A stretch of 63,229 bases of DNA, filler included, from Reticulomyxa filosa (taxonomy: Eukaryota; Protista; Foraminifera): the NCBI GenBank assembly GCA_000512085.1. It is 23 parts of 23 records of this genome, joined end to end, with 100 filler letters (N's around TTAATTAATTAA, not from the genome) between each part and the next. Parts side by side here need not be neighbours in the genome. Positions count along the whole stretch, not along the records: positions 37,149 to 38,247 come from ASPP01007925.1; positions 38,348 to 39,347 come from ASPP01048596.1; positions 39,448 to 40,672 come from ASPP01022404.1; positions 40,773 to 43,160 come from ASPP01019147.1; positions 43,261 to 45,917 come from ASPP01007743.1; positions 46,018 to 47,203 come from ASPP01037011.1; positions 47,304 to 48,913 come from ASPP01018345.1; positions 49,014 to 53,006 come from ASPP01022464.1; 15 more parts are not named here. One strand, 5' to 3'. Every line of letters starts with the position of its first letter. Position 1 is the stretch's first letter. This document shows positions 37,479 through 49,309 of the stretch, piece by piece. The notes under the pieces were generated by a model, which made no database searches, was not told where the DNA came from, and saw only the letters and a program-made list of their open reading frames with translations. Position numbers and translations under genes: made by a program.

Positions 37479-38190
37479 TTACTTAAGCCATTGTGTTACT
37501 CTGCTGTGCAAAATGGATTTGACTAATAGTCGGAGTTCGTGATTTTGACATTCGACAAGCTTGACCAAGTAAGGAAATAAGGTGGTCAACTTGGATTGAA
37601 ACTCTTTGTCAGTAAAAGTTTCTTTGTTGAGCAAAAATTGTAAAAATACGATAACAACTGGTGTCAAATATTTAATGTCGCTTTGTGGTCTTTCTTGAGC
37701 ACACTCTCGAGTATATAATAACTGTATCAATTGTATTCCCAAAGGTATCAATCGATATTCTGCCAATTGCTTAATTTCATTTGATTTTATCACTTTTGAG
37801 CCCAGTCCAGGCTTTGATTTGAATTGGCATAACACTGATAATCGACACAAAGCTGCATCTGCTTCAATGCGATATAACAACGTTGCAATTGGATTGTCTT
37901 CCGATGATGCTGTGTGATATTTTTTAGATTATTAGCATGCGTCCCACATGTACACTTGTTTTGAAGAAAAAACAAAGATAATTATTAAACTTGAAGCCGT
38001 GCCAAAACGATCAATTGCATTTTTGTCTCGGGTCACTGTCATTGCATTTTCTTGTACAGATTCAAATCCGTTCAAGATTTCAACACATTGATGTTTTGTC
38101 AACAATAAAAGTGAGTTTTGTAAAGTCTATGACGTGTTCCCCCACATCATCACCATCCGCTAACAAATCAATTACAAAGAGTTCAACAAA
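37479..38190 (-). pseudogene. C-terminal part of a Sec7/BIG-type large ArfGEF-like gene, with upstream in-frame stops
   Basis: LTPVVIVFLQFLL...DKEFQSKLTTLFPYLVKLVECQNHELRLLVKSILHSRV resembles the BIG/Sec7 C-terminal helices; TGA and TAATAA in frame upstream. Confidence 0.45.
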
Positions 38191-38505
38191 TGCAAAAAAA
38201 AAAAAAAAAAAAAAGAAAAGTGCATGACGTATATATGTACGTATATANNNNNNNNNNNNNNNNNNNNNNNNNNNNNNNNNNNNNNNNNNNNTTAATTAAT
38301 TAANNNNNNNNNNNNNNNNNNNNNNNNNNNNNNNNNNNNNNNNNNNNTAACATTTAAGTGTAATATAAACAATGAATCCATAGAGATTCATTTGTATAAG
38401 AACACGAATTGTCTGTTCCGGCTCTTGATCAAACACTGCCCCTTTGCATTTTTTTTTATTTAGAAAAAGTTCATTATAAAAAAAATAAAAATCAAACCTC
38501 AAAAA

Positions 38506-39347
38506 GTTTTTATCAATTAAAACCTTTATTGCAGTATGTACCTTCCATCGAACCCCCAGAAAAACGTGTGCCTCTTCAAGACAAATTGTTTTGGACATTG
38601 GGTTGCTTGTTAGTGTTTTTGGTGGCGTCTCAAACGGGTTTGTATGGCATTCGAATTGGTGACAAGACGCCAGACCCATGGTATTGGTTCCGAGCGGTTC
38701 TAGCGTCAAACCGTGGGACATTAATGGAACTGGGGATCTCTCCAGTAGTGACATCGTCTTTGGTGATGCAACTACTGATCGGGAGCAGGCTGTTGCACGT
38801 CGATTATTCCAACAAGGAAGATAGTGCATTATACACCTCCGCGCAAAAGCTTTGTGCCATTGTCATCACTGTTGGCGAGGCTTTGGCATATGTCGTCTCT
38901 GGTAAAATGTTTTGATGATGTGTCCCCACATCTTTTTGTTCATTCATTGCACTTTTTTTTTTTTTAAAAAAAAAAAAAGAATTTTCTGACCCCCCCCCCT
39001 CCTCCCCCTTTTCCTGAAAAAATTTCTATGTTTTTTTTTTTTTTTTAAAAAAAAAAAGGGATGTATGGGACCTACTCCGAGTTGGGTTTGATAAATTTTT
39101 TGCTGGTATTTTTGCAGTTGATAATTGCAGGTGTGATGGTAATACTATTGGACGAAGTAATGCAACGTGGGTATGGAATGGGAAGTGGCATATCGCTATT
39201 TATCGCGACGAACATTTGCGACACGATTATTTGGAAGGCATTGTCGCCGTCGACAATAGTGACAGGAGCAGGTCCACAATACGAAGGTGCCATTGTCGCA
39301 TTGTTCCACTTGCTCTTAACCCGAAAACGCACCATTCCTGCGTTGAA
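38506..39347 (+). CDS. SEC61A: Protein translocon Sec61 alpha subunit, partial, intron ~38902-39058
   Basis: [35 protein letters not shown]...AQKL...SG-MYG...[35 protein letters not shown]...[11 protein letters not shown]. Confidence 0.96.
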
Positions 39348-39447
39348 NNNNNNNNNNNNNNNNNNNNNNNNNNNNNNNNNNNNNNNNNNNNTTAATTAAT
39401 TAANNNNNNNNNNNNNNNNNNNNNNNNNNNNNNNNNNNNNNNNNNNN

Positions 39448-40672
39448 ATTACGCACATTGCAAAAGCAAAAATTGCACAAGACTGTATTAGGAGCGAGCT
39501 GCAGAAAAAGGTGCAAGAAAGATGAATTAAAAAAGAGCGCGATTCTACAAAGAAGGTCAAAAAAATTAAAAAATCGTTGAAAAAAGAATAGTATACAAGT
39601 CCATTGACGAAAAAATGATAAAACTAAGCGAAGCGACCAATACAAATACGTGGAAAAAGCATTGGAGATTAAAAAGAAAATCAGACAAGCCGAGGTAATG
39701 CAGTGCAATAGATAGATCGTGCAGGATATACAAAATGTAGTGTATATCTTTCAGAGCTTACAATATGCAATACTACCGATGGGAGACCTGAATGCAAGAA
39801 CCAAATATACGGTGGACAAAGTGAATAACCAAAATAGAAATCGATTAATGTAATGGTGTCAAAGAAATAAGCTACGAATACTAAATATGCAGAGGCAAAA
39901 ATATTTTCGATTGTTGACTATGCGATAGTCAATACACACGAGTTCTGAGAAGAATCACGAATAAAAATGGAAGTACTAAAACAGCATGTGGTATCAGACC
40001 ATTACCCAATAAAGAGCAAATTTGAACAAAGAAAAACTGGAAATGTAGCCAATGAGATTGCACGTACCATACCATTGTAGGGTAAGTAATGAGATAGGGT
40101 AAAAGCATTTGTGAAGATGATGGAAGAAAAGCGGAAGGAAAATATAGATTGTAAAACGATAAAAGATAATTATAAAGAGCTATACAAAACACTGATTGAT
40201 AATAAAGTAATAACATTTAAAAAAAATCTTATAGAATGGTAGTGAGCCAAATACCAGAGACATAATAGCTCCATAACATTTTGGAAGAAATAAATAAAAA
40301 AATCCAAATGAATAAACATGGATCCAAGCGAGTAAATGAGTTACCAAAATGAGCAATAAAAACAAAGCGACAAAAAGGTAGAAAGATTATTGAATGAAAT
40401 ACAAGAACAACACAAAAAGAATGTCTACAAAAGAATCAATCTGGAGGATAAAGTAGAGTGAGCAGGTTCATGTGAAGGAGTGGACAGTATAATCACTAAA
40501 ATAGGGAAATATTGCAATGTATGTAAGCTTCAATTGAACTTGGAGAATAGTACTATGATCAGAATTGAAAAAGAAATGATAGCACATATAACATTAAAAG
40601 TAAAATGAAGGGTGTAACGGAACTTAAATACCTAGGAGTGCTGATAGATGTAAAAACTAAAAGCTGGAACAA
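39448..40672 (+). mobile_element. Heavily decayed non-LTR retrotransposon (reverse transcriptase remnant)
   Basis: Purine-rich coding-like strand ending ...YCNVCKLQLNLENS...VTELKYLGVLIDVK..SW, typical of the RT C-terminal region (LxLNxxK, KYLGVxxD). Confidence 0.55.
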
Positions 40673-40772
40673 NNNNNNNNNNNNNNNNNNNNNNNNNNNN
40701 NNNNNNNNNNNNNNNNTTAATTAATTAANNNNNNNNNNNNNNNNNNNNNNNNNNNNNNNNNNNNNNNNNNNN

Positions 40773-42670
40773 GGGTGTGATACCAAAAGTTGGTCAAGAG
40801 TGAAAGATTCGTTAACTTTAAACCAGTCCGTAACAAATGGCGTCAAAAAAAAATAAATGTTACCGGGTTGGCTCTAAAGAATGGAGTTATATATGCCTTC
40901 ACAAATGGGCACGAATACGCGTTGCTGGTAAAGGACAAATCGGAGGTATGTCGACACAACAAAGACATTTATTATCTTTTTTCCTCCATTCTCAATAAAG
41001 ATTGACCAAACAATGTAAAACAAAAAAAGATCCCTGAAGATGCAAACTGCTGGCTCGATTTAGTTTTGACTGAATTAAAAAAAAAAACTTGCTTTGAATA
41101 AATATCTTTGGTAAGTTTGATCATTGTGGTGTCAGGGAACACGGAATCAATCATTAATCGAAGAAGACTATAAGTTAAAACAGATTTGCTGTCATATTTA
41201 TTTACCCAAAAAAAAAAAAAGTTTTAAGTAATGATAGCAAAGTGTTGAAAACAAAATAAAAAATAAAAAATTAGAAAGTGTTTGAAAAAATTACAAAACG
41301 AGTCGGAAGAAGAAAAAAAGAGGATAACGAACAATATTCAAGAATTAAAAAGCAGATTAAGTAAGAGTGAGATGGACAAACAAAGGCTGGTGGATATCTG
41401 GAAGGATAAATACAACAAACAAACAAAAATAATCAAAAATTTGAAAAAAGAGAAAGAGGACTTGAACAATTATAGCAATCAACAAATCGATATCTTGAAA
41501 AATGACATGAATGAACTGCAAATGACAATAACTAAGAAAACCGATGAGAATATACAGCTCACATCAAAAAATACGGAACATCAGAAAAAAATCGAAAAAT
41601 TGGAGTCTGACTGCAAACTGCAGAAGACTCAGCTCGACTCTACCGAAGCCAAGGCACAAGAATATAAAGAAATAAACGATAAAAATCAAACTGATTTTGA
41701 ATCCTTGCTCTCGGAAAAAAATACTTTAGCTAAAAAATACAAACAGCAATTCAATGTATTTAAAGAGTTTAACAAAAAAATACGCATAAAATCACTTACT
41801 TACCCTCTTTAATCATCTTTGCGAAAGAAACAACAAAATATGTACAAATATGAAAATATTTGTGATGAGGTAATCAACATTTATCATAATGCAAAAAAAA
41901 AAACAAACAAACTCAGGACGAATGAGCAATTGTATAACGAAGTGCAAGAATTGAGAGGAAGACTTTGCGAATTGACAATGGGAGTAGGAATAGAGAGTGA
42001 ATTTCCATCAATGAGTAAAATAACGAGTGATTATGAGGCACTAAGTCGTAATTATCGATTGAATTTGACACGTGAAATAATGAAAGAATTAAAAAGTGAT
42101 GAAAATATAAAAGGAAAATTTGAAATAACATTTTTGGCAAGATTTTCACATTGTGTATCATTCACAATTTTAAAATTATCATATGAATTTGTAAATTGGT
42201 ATTGGAATAATCAATTAGAATGTTTACGAAAACCATTTGGATTATCAAATAAACAAATTGCACAAAGATATTTTCAAGTAATATTTCAAGAACAATTTAA
42301 ATCATCATTTATACAATTATGTGAAGAAGGAAAAAATAGTATTAATTTAAAATTAGAAGAAGAAATTAGTAAAGAAAATATATTTTTCGAGATTTATTAA
42401 ACATAATTATTAATAAAACAAAAGAGAAGAAAGAAGATAATAAATTAAATAATAAAAAAAACGAATTAATTCAATCATGTTTACGAAGTATGTGGAGTTG
42501 CTTATTATCAAAGCCTTCTTTACAACTTTATCCTTTACAATTTACTTCTAATCCACAATTAAATTATGAAGTCCAATCTAGAAATCCTGAAATTATATCA
42601 GATTATTTAGGAAAGCATGATTGTGATAATATTGGTATTTTACATGGCCAACTCTACTTCGATCTGACAC
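40773..42670 (+). CDS. Coiled-coil protein with a Mieap-like C-terminal region; partial, with a stop/frameshift near 42400
   Basis: Long heptad region at 41282-41760, then FPSMSKITSDYEALS and LIQSCLRSMWSCLLSKPSLQL motifs. Confidence 0.5.
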
Positions 42671-43138
42671 TAATCATTTATTGCATATTCCTGTTACTGT
42701 TTGTTATGCTCCTTTTAATTTTCGTGTTTTTGCTCAAAAAAAAACTTCAATATCTGATCAACATTGACACAAATTTTGAGATTTAAAGGGAACTATCTCA
42801 AATTAAAATAATTTTGATATTGAGTACAAAAAATAAATCATGAATGAATAACGAGTAATCAGATACCTGAAATTGTTATATTTCAACATAAAACTAACTA
42901 AAATTTTAAAACATCTGTAAAAAAAGAATTTTTAATTTTTTAAAAAACTTGAAAAAATTATCAACGAACCAGACTACATTTAAAAATGACATGATTTATG
43001 GATATCCCCAAAAACGTTTCACTGACTGATCTGTCTTGGAGAAAGTCAATTATCTATAATTCTGCATTTACTTTCAACTGTTTGACTATAAGCTCTTTTA
43101 CGTGGATTTGCTATCTATAAAATAATTTTAAATAAATA

Positions 43139-43160
43139 CAGTAGGTTGCAAAGAAAACTG
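43139..43160 (+). mobile_element. Tc1-like terminus at contig end
   Basis: TA|CAGTAGGTTGCAAAGAAAACTG, identical to the copies at 23978-23999 (-) and 61970-61991. Confidence 0.7.
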
Positions 43161-43413
43161 NNNNNNNNNNNNNNNNNNNNNNNNNNNNNNNNNNNNNNNN
43201 NNNNTTAATTAATTAANNNNNNNNNNNNNNNNNNNNNNNNNNNNNNNNNNNNNNNNNNNNATTTATTATTGTTTGTTCAAAGAAGAAAAATAAAATTTAA
43301 TTTTTAATTGTTGATAAAAATAAAAAAAAAAAAATTTAGCAATAACAACTTAGCTTTGAATGCACCTGCCGTTTTTTTTTTTTTTTTCCCCTCCCTTTTT
43401 CTCGTTTGCACAG

Positions 43414-45274
43414 GAGAAACGCGGTGATAGTATCTTACTGATCCACGTAAACGTTGCGCAATGCCCTTCGTTTAACTCGCAATTGTTAGAGTCAGCAAAG
43501 AAGACGAGCAGCGACAAGAATGAAATGTGGCCTTTGGGAACATGCCGATCCATTGATTTTGCAGACGCATTGCAGTTTCGCGCTTTCAAATTCACGATGC
43601 AGACACTACAAGTTGATAAAAGAAAGAGAGAGTTATGTTTTAATTTCCCCAACATTTTTCCCCCCTTGTCGTCTTTTTCAAACTCAAAACAAAACAAAGT
43701 TTGTTTGTATTTTTTTTTTTGGATTGATTACTGAACGTTGGAAACGAACCCCTTTTTTTTTTTTCTCTCTCTCTCTCTTCTCTCCTCGCTCTTCGCTCTT
43801 CACTCTTTCTCTTTTCTACTTGCTCGCTCTCGTTGAAAAGCATCCTTATTTGGCGAACACGCACGAAGTAGAATTATCGCGTGATAAGAACCACCTGTTC
43901 ATATTTCAAGATTTAGAAAAGAACGGTTCGCTGCGCGATCACATATACGGACAAGACTTGTCTCGACCATACGATGAGAAGTACAGTCGACCGGGACAGT
44001 CGTTGGAGTTGAACACTATTCGAAGGTATGGTCGGCAGATATTGGAAGCCATGCAATATCTGTCCAGCTGTGGCATCGTCAATTATCATTTGCATACTGG
44101 TAATGTCATTGTTGGTACTGATGGTGATGTCTATCTCGCTGGCATTGAAAACAACTTTTTGGGACTATTGCCAAAACATCCTTATCACAAGTCTTGCTTT
44201 ATTTTTTATTTTATATATGCATATATATGTATATATATGTATACATATACATATATATATATGTGTATTTATATGTATGTATGTATTTATTTATATCCTT
44301 TTTTTGTTTCTCTAATAAATACATATTCATCAAATCCACTGCTTTTGTGACCAAAAAAAAAAATAATATAAAATGAAAGATATCTCATACAATTGAAAAA
44401 ATTGTATCCCGATTTGGCCGTGGAATTGTGCTTGTTTGGGTATGTGCTGTTCGAAATGGCCTCGGGAATTCAATGCCCAAGCCCTTCTCCTTTGGACTCG
44501 TTACATGAATTGCCAAAAAAGCTACCTTCGCCTATCATCCAAATTTTGGGACGCATTTTTGGAGATAAGTCCATCGGTGCTGCACAACGAATTTCTGATT
44601 TGATGGAAGATCCTTTGTTCGTTGCTAAAAATGCACCTCCTCTTGTTAGACTCCTCTCTTTTTTTTTTTTTTTATGCATACAACATATATACATATATGT
44701 ATATATTTAATCCTTTTGGTGAAAATATACATGTCACAGGACACGCAGTCCTATTTAACGCTGCGCAAGGAAAATGAACATGTGGAAAGTTTAAGGAACG
44801 CATCGGTGATACAATGCTTACAAACGTATTCGGAAAGTACTTTAAATTCTGGTCGTTCAACGATGAAAGAAGTCGGCCGTAGACAGTCCAAAAAGAAAAA
44901 AAAAAAAGACCAAATGATGCAATGAAAGAACCTTTATTGTATGTTTTGTTTTGTTTTATTGTTTATGTGTGCCACTATTGCCAATAAAGTAGTCCATATC
45001 TTGTTTGACTTGATTGCAATGTCATAGAGATGTAACGGTTGAGACTCCAAAAAAGGAAACGAAAAAACCTCGCAAGGGTAGTGACACTGAAAGTGGTCTC
45101 ACTGTCAAAGACTTGTTAGTATCAATGAAAGATGAAGGCCTTGAAAAACCTCAAGATGAGAACAAAGAGGAAAACAATGAAGAAGAGACAACCAAACCAT
45201 CAAAACAACAACCTGAAAATCGACATGTGTCTGACGAAAGTGATGAAAGTGATGAAGAAGACTATTTTCCTTGA
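43414..45274 (+). CDS. PXK/Slob-like pseudokinase, 5'-truncated, multi-exon
   Basis: HPYL...NGSLRDHIY...YDEKY...LELNTIRRYGRQILEAMQYL...HLHTGNV...IENNFLGL...FGYVLFEMASG matches the PXK kinase-like domain (YGRQILE, HLHASNV, LENSLLGL); no HRD or DFG. Confidence 0.85.
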
Positions 45275-45646
45275 TCCCAACTTTTTTTTCAGTAAGTAAT
45301 CTAATTATAATCGGTAGTCTTGTTGAGTTTAACTTGGCATTCTGAGTCCTGAAGGTTGATATTTTAAAATTCTTTTGGCTAAAAATGGTTTTTTAATTAT
45401 GTGAAAGCAGCGTCTTTTGATAAAATTTCTCGGTCTGTTTTTTTTATCTCAACAGGCCTTGAGTTTTCAGTTCAAAAGAGAAGTTAATGATAGTATATTC
45501 TTGCTTAAATATTATGTTTTTCAATTCCAAACAAAAGAAGACACGCCCACATGTTAATTCAAGAAATTGTGCTTCAAAACATACTCACAAACCTTACCGT
45601 ATTACTTTAAAAGAAAGGTAATACTCCAAAAAAAAAAAAAATTGTC

Positions 45647-45917
45647 ATGCGAGAGTATCGTCGTATAACTAATAGATCACATTCCCCTGCAAGGCAAGAT
45701 GTAGCTCTTTTTCATTCAAACGAACATGTAACCAACGCCTTGTGTTATTTGGTAGTAATACTAATAGCCTTAAATATTTTTACCTTGACTTTGATAAACC
45801 GCAGTACAGAAAAAGTTTCTGTTGACTGTCTACCAAAATCACTTCACAACTTCATTGAGGGCGCTGACACACACCAATATGCAGTTGAGCCAGAATGTTT
45901 TCAATTTTTTTTTTTTT
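45647..45917 (+). CDS. First exon of a probable type II membrane protein
   Basis: ATG-initiated ORF with a single hydrophobic span (ALCYLVVILIALNIFTLTLI). Confidence 0.4.
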
Positions 45918-47040
45918 NNNNNNNNNNNNNNNNNNNNNNNNNNNNNNNNNNNNNNNNNNNNTTAATTAATTAANNNNNNNNNNNNNNNNNNNNNNNNNNN
46001 NNNNNNNNNNNNNNNNNAGTTATTTGTCTTATTTAAATCTATCACATTTCATGTTGATAGTGTCTATAGTTCGTCCTTTCCTCAACAGTAATAAATGTAT
46101 GTTCATAGATGTTTAGCTCGCTGAATAACTTTCTGTGCTTTCGTCTGCATTTTAAGATAGAATTGACTGATCCATAGCTGTAATATTGCTGCTTTTTCAA
46201 CTTTCTTTTTTTGTTCCAAACCTTTTTTGTATTCAAATACGCTTATTCAATTATTTATTAAAGACGCTACAATAATATTTACGTTTATATTTGCAAAGAA
46301 TTCTTGGCAATGTGTTTTCTGCAATCAACATCAGAATAGCATTTGTCTCATCAGCGTTTTCATCAAATAAATTCCATATGTCCGAAACAACTTGTTGTCG
46401 GAATTTTGCTAGAATAGAAATTATTAAAAAGGAAAACAAATGCATTTCAAATTTAAAAAAAATAATTTGACAAACAAATACGCTTGTTGAATATTGTAAC
46501 TATTTTCTTTGGAGCGATAAAAACAATATTAATTTGAGGTATATCTTTGCTTTGCAGAAAAGAGAAAAAAAGGCTATTAGCTGTAATTTTAACAAACTGT
46601 TGCAAATGGACTCATTAGATCTTTTTCCCTCCTATGAATTGATGGAACTTATTAGTCGAAATTTGCTTCGTCTGACAAACAAAATTCTTATCGCTGGCGT
46701 TGCTCGCTTATTGTTTACATACAAGTTGTTCATTATTCAAAATAATGTATTACATTTTAATGCTTTTGAAATACAATTTTTGTGGGAAATACGCTTGCAA
46801 TTTGTCCGTATTAGCAGGTATGTTGACTACCTTTCACGTCTGGTATAAACACGAGTGTATAGTTAACATAATAAAAAATCAGATCGCAAAACAACGTATA
46901 CACGTTTTCTACTTTTGAAATTGATGGATAAACACATTTAGTAGGGTTATATTTGCACGTCTTACAATGTGCAATTAATGCATTAAAGCTGTCTACCTTT
47001 CACTTGTGGTTGCCTAAGTAATGTACATAAAAACAAATTT

Positions 47041-47168
47041 TAAAAAAAAAGCAAAGGAATGGAAAAGCGAAAAAGAAAAGGTAAAATAAGGCGGTGCCCC
47101 AGGAACATCGTGTCGCCGCCAAATTTTACCCTTTCTTTTTGCTTTTGTCTTCCTTTGCTTTTTTTTTA
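47041..47168. repeat. Imperfect inverted repeat (~53-bp arms, ~21-nt spacer)
   Basis: A9-GCAAAGGAA..AAAAGC.AAAAAGAAA.GGTAAAAT..GGCGG pairs with CCGCC..ATTTTACC.TTTCTTTTT.GCTTTT..TTCCTTTGC-T9. Confidence 0.9.
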
Positions 47169-47303
47169 GCTTTCCGAATTCTAGAAAAGTGTGTTTTTGG
47201 TGTNNNNNNNNNNNNNNNNNNNNNNNNNNNNNNNNNNNNNNNNNNNNTTAATTAATTAANNNNNNNNNNNNNNNNNNNNNNNNNNNNNNNNNNNNNNNNN
47301 NNN

Positions 47304-47347
47304 CTACCGATGGCGCCGCTGGCGCCGGTAATCCAGATCGTGTCCAT
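47304..47347 (-). CDS. Bacterial short-chain dehydrogenase/reductase, extreme N-terminus
   Basis: MDTIWITGASGAIG Rossmann motif with GAGG ribosome-binding site upstream. Confidence 0.75.
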
Positions 47348-47509
47348 GCTGCACCTCGCGATTTGTCCAATACAAATCATATACAAAACTACAGCGTATC
47401 GATAGTGAGCATTGACGCACCAAAGCTGGCTGTCAGCGCACGTTATGGCAGCCTCAAAACAGGGCGGCCAGCACCAGTTTGCGACGCAAGGGCTCCAGCA
47501 CTGCGGCAG

Positions 47510-47526
47510 TGCATAACCACGGTGCA
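47510..47526. promoter_or_regulatory. Putative NtrC-type enhancer site
   Basis: TGCATAACCACGGTGCA has TGCA-N9-TGCA geometry like the consensus TGCACC-N5-GGTGCA. Confidence 0.45.
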
Positions 47527-47908
47527 AACGGTCCGGTTTGCCCTGCACCAGCATCACCAAGCAGCTGCTTGTCGCCTGAACGCCACAACAGCAGCCCGGC
47601 CAGAACGACGACGTCCGCCATCTACCTTCATGGCGCTGCCAGGCTGGTAATTCGGCACATTCCCGCGCTTCGCCTCACCCGCAAGACATATCCCGCCTGC
47701 AACTGCCATGCAGACTTGCAGCTTGTGCCTGCACGATGAAAGCGCTGCCTTTATGCATTGAATTATCGAAACAAATGAAGAATGGATTGTCAGGCTTTAG
47801 TGCATGACGCAACGCACAACACGCCATGCAACAAGCACTTGCGATGGCCTGACCCAGCGGCGCACATTGATTTCACTCTGTCATGCTGCGCTGCAGATGG
47901 CACACAAG

Positions 47909-47926
47909 CAGGCACATGGATTGCTA
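47909..47926 (+). promoter_or_regulatory. Sigma-54 (-24/-12) promoter
   Basis: CAGGCACATGGATTGCTA = GGCAC-N5-TTGCT, exact GG-N10-GC spacing, ~105 bp upstream of the ATG. Confidence 0.7.
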
Positions 47927-48031
47927 ACCAGCCTGATACCGGCTTGCCGGTTGCGAGTCAGGCCCTGTATGCGCCCGACGCGTCAGGTTTATCGATTGAA
48001 AACAATAAGAACATCACCTCTGGAGAATGCC

Positions 48032-48913
48032 ATGCATGCTCTGACCCTCCCCGAAAACGGTCATTACGACGAAATGCTGCTCGACAGTGGCGGCATCCGG
48101 CCCCATTACCGTGACTTTGCCCGCTGGCTGCATTCGCAGCCACCCGAAACCCTGGCCCGCAAACGCGCCGAAGCCGACCTGATGTTCCACCGCGTCGGCA
48201 TTACCTTTGCCGTGTATGGCGACGACTCCGGCGCCGAACGCCTGATTCCGTTCGACACCGTGCCACGCATCATCCCGGCCAGCGACTGGCAAACGCTGGA
48301 AAAAGGCATGCGCCAGCGCGTCACCGCGCTGAACGCCTTCCTGCACGACATCTACCACGAACAGCACATCGTGAAGGCCGGCATCATTCCCGCCGAGCAG
48401 GTGTTTTCCAACAGCCAGTACCAGCCGGCGATGCAGGGGCTGGACCTGCCGCACCGCATCTATGCCCACATCACCGGCGTGGACGTCATCCGCCACAGCG
48501 ACGGCAACTTCTACGTGCTGGAAGACAACCTGCGCGTGCCGTCCGGCGTGTCCTACATGCTGGAAAACCGCAAGATGATGATGCGGCTGTTCCCCGAGCT
48601 GTTTGCCAGCCACGCGGTGGCGCCGGTGCAGCATTACCCGACGTTGCTGCTGAACACGCTGCGCCACGCCAGCGCAGTGGACAACCCCACCGTGGTGGTA
48701 CTGACGCCGGGCCACCACAACAGCGCCTACTTCGAGCACGCTTTCCTCGCGCAGCAGATGGGGGTGGAGCTGGTGGAAGGGCAGGACATGTTCGTCAAGA
48801 ACAACCGCGTGTACATGCGCACCACCGCCGGCCACAAACAGGTGGACGTGATCTACCGCCGCATCGACGACGCCTTCCTCGACCCGCTGGCGTTCCGCGC
48901 CGACAGCATGCTG
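48032..48913 (+). CDS. Bacterial circularly permuted type 2 ATP-grasp protein (DUF404/DUF407 family), 3'-truncated
   Basis: YDEM...RPHY...GITFAVY...ERLIPFD..PRII...LEDNLRVPSGVSYMLENR...LTPG..NSAYFEHAFLAQQMGVELVEG...VDVIYRRIDDAFLDP; GGAGA ribosome-binding site at 48022. Confidence 0.93.
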
Positions 48914-49309
48914 NNNNNNNNNNNNNNNNNNNNNNNNNNNNNNNNNNNNNNNNNNNNTTAATTAATTAANNNNNNNNNNNNNNNNNNNNNNNNNNNNNNN
49001 NNNNNNNNNNNNNTAATAAAAAAGAAAAAAAGAAAAAAGTAAATAGAAAAAAGAAAATAAAAAAGAAAGAAAATGGAAAATAGAAAAAAAAAAAGAAAAA
49101 ATGTAGAAAAATTTAAAAAAGAGTATTTTTTATAATGAAAATAATAATAAAGAAAATAAAAATGAAATGAAAAAAATAATAAGAAATGTATTAGAAATTT
49201 TTTTAAATGTTGGGTATCACGTGCGGTGATAACAACAAGTTAAGTTTTTTCTTTTTTTATTTGTGCTTGTTAAAAAAAACAAATATAAAAATATACTTAT
49301 AACATTATA

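Noticed and set aside
47169-47190. Helitron 3' end (hairpin followed by CTAG)
   Set aside because: The hairpin is far longer than a Helitron subterminal stem, and CTAG is followed by A rather than T.
48014-48835. Long minus-strand ORFs in the GC-rich contigs (also 8537-9292)
   Set aside because: Antisense shadows typical of high-GC coding sequence.
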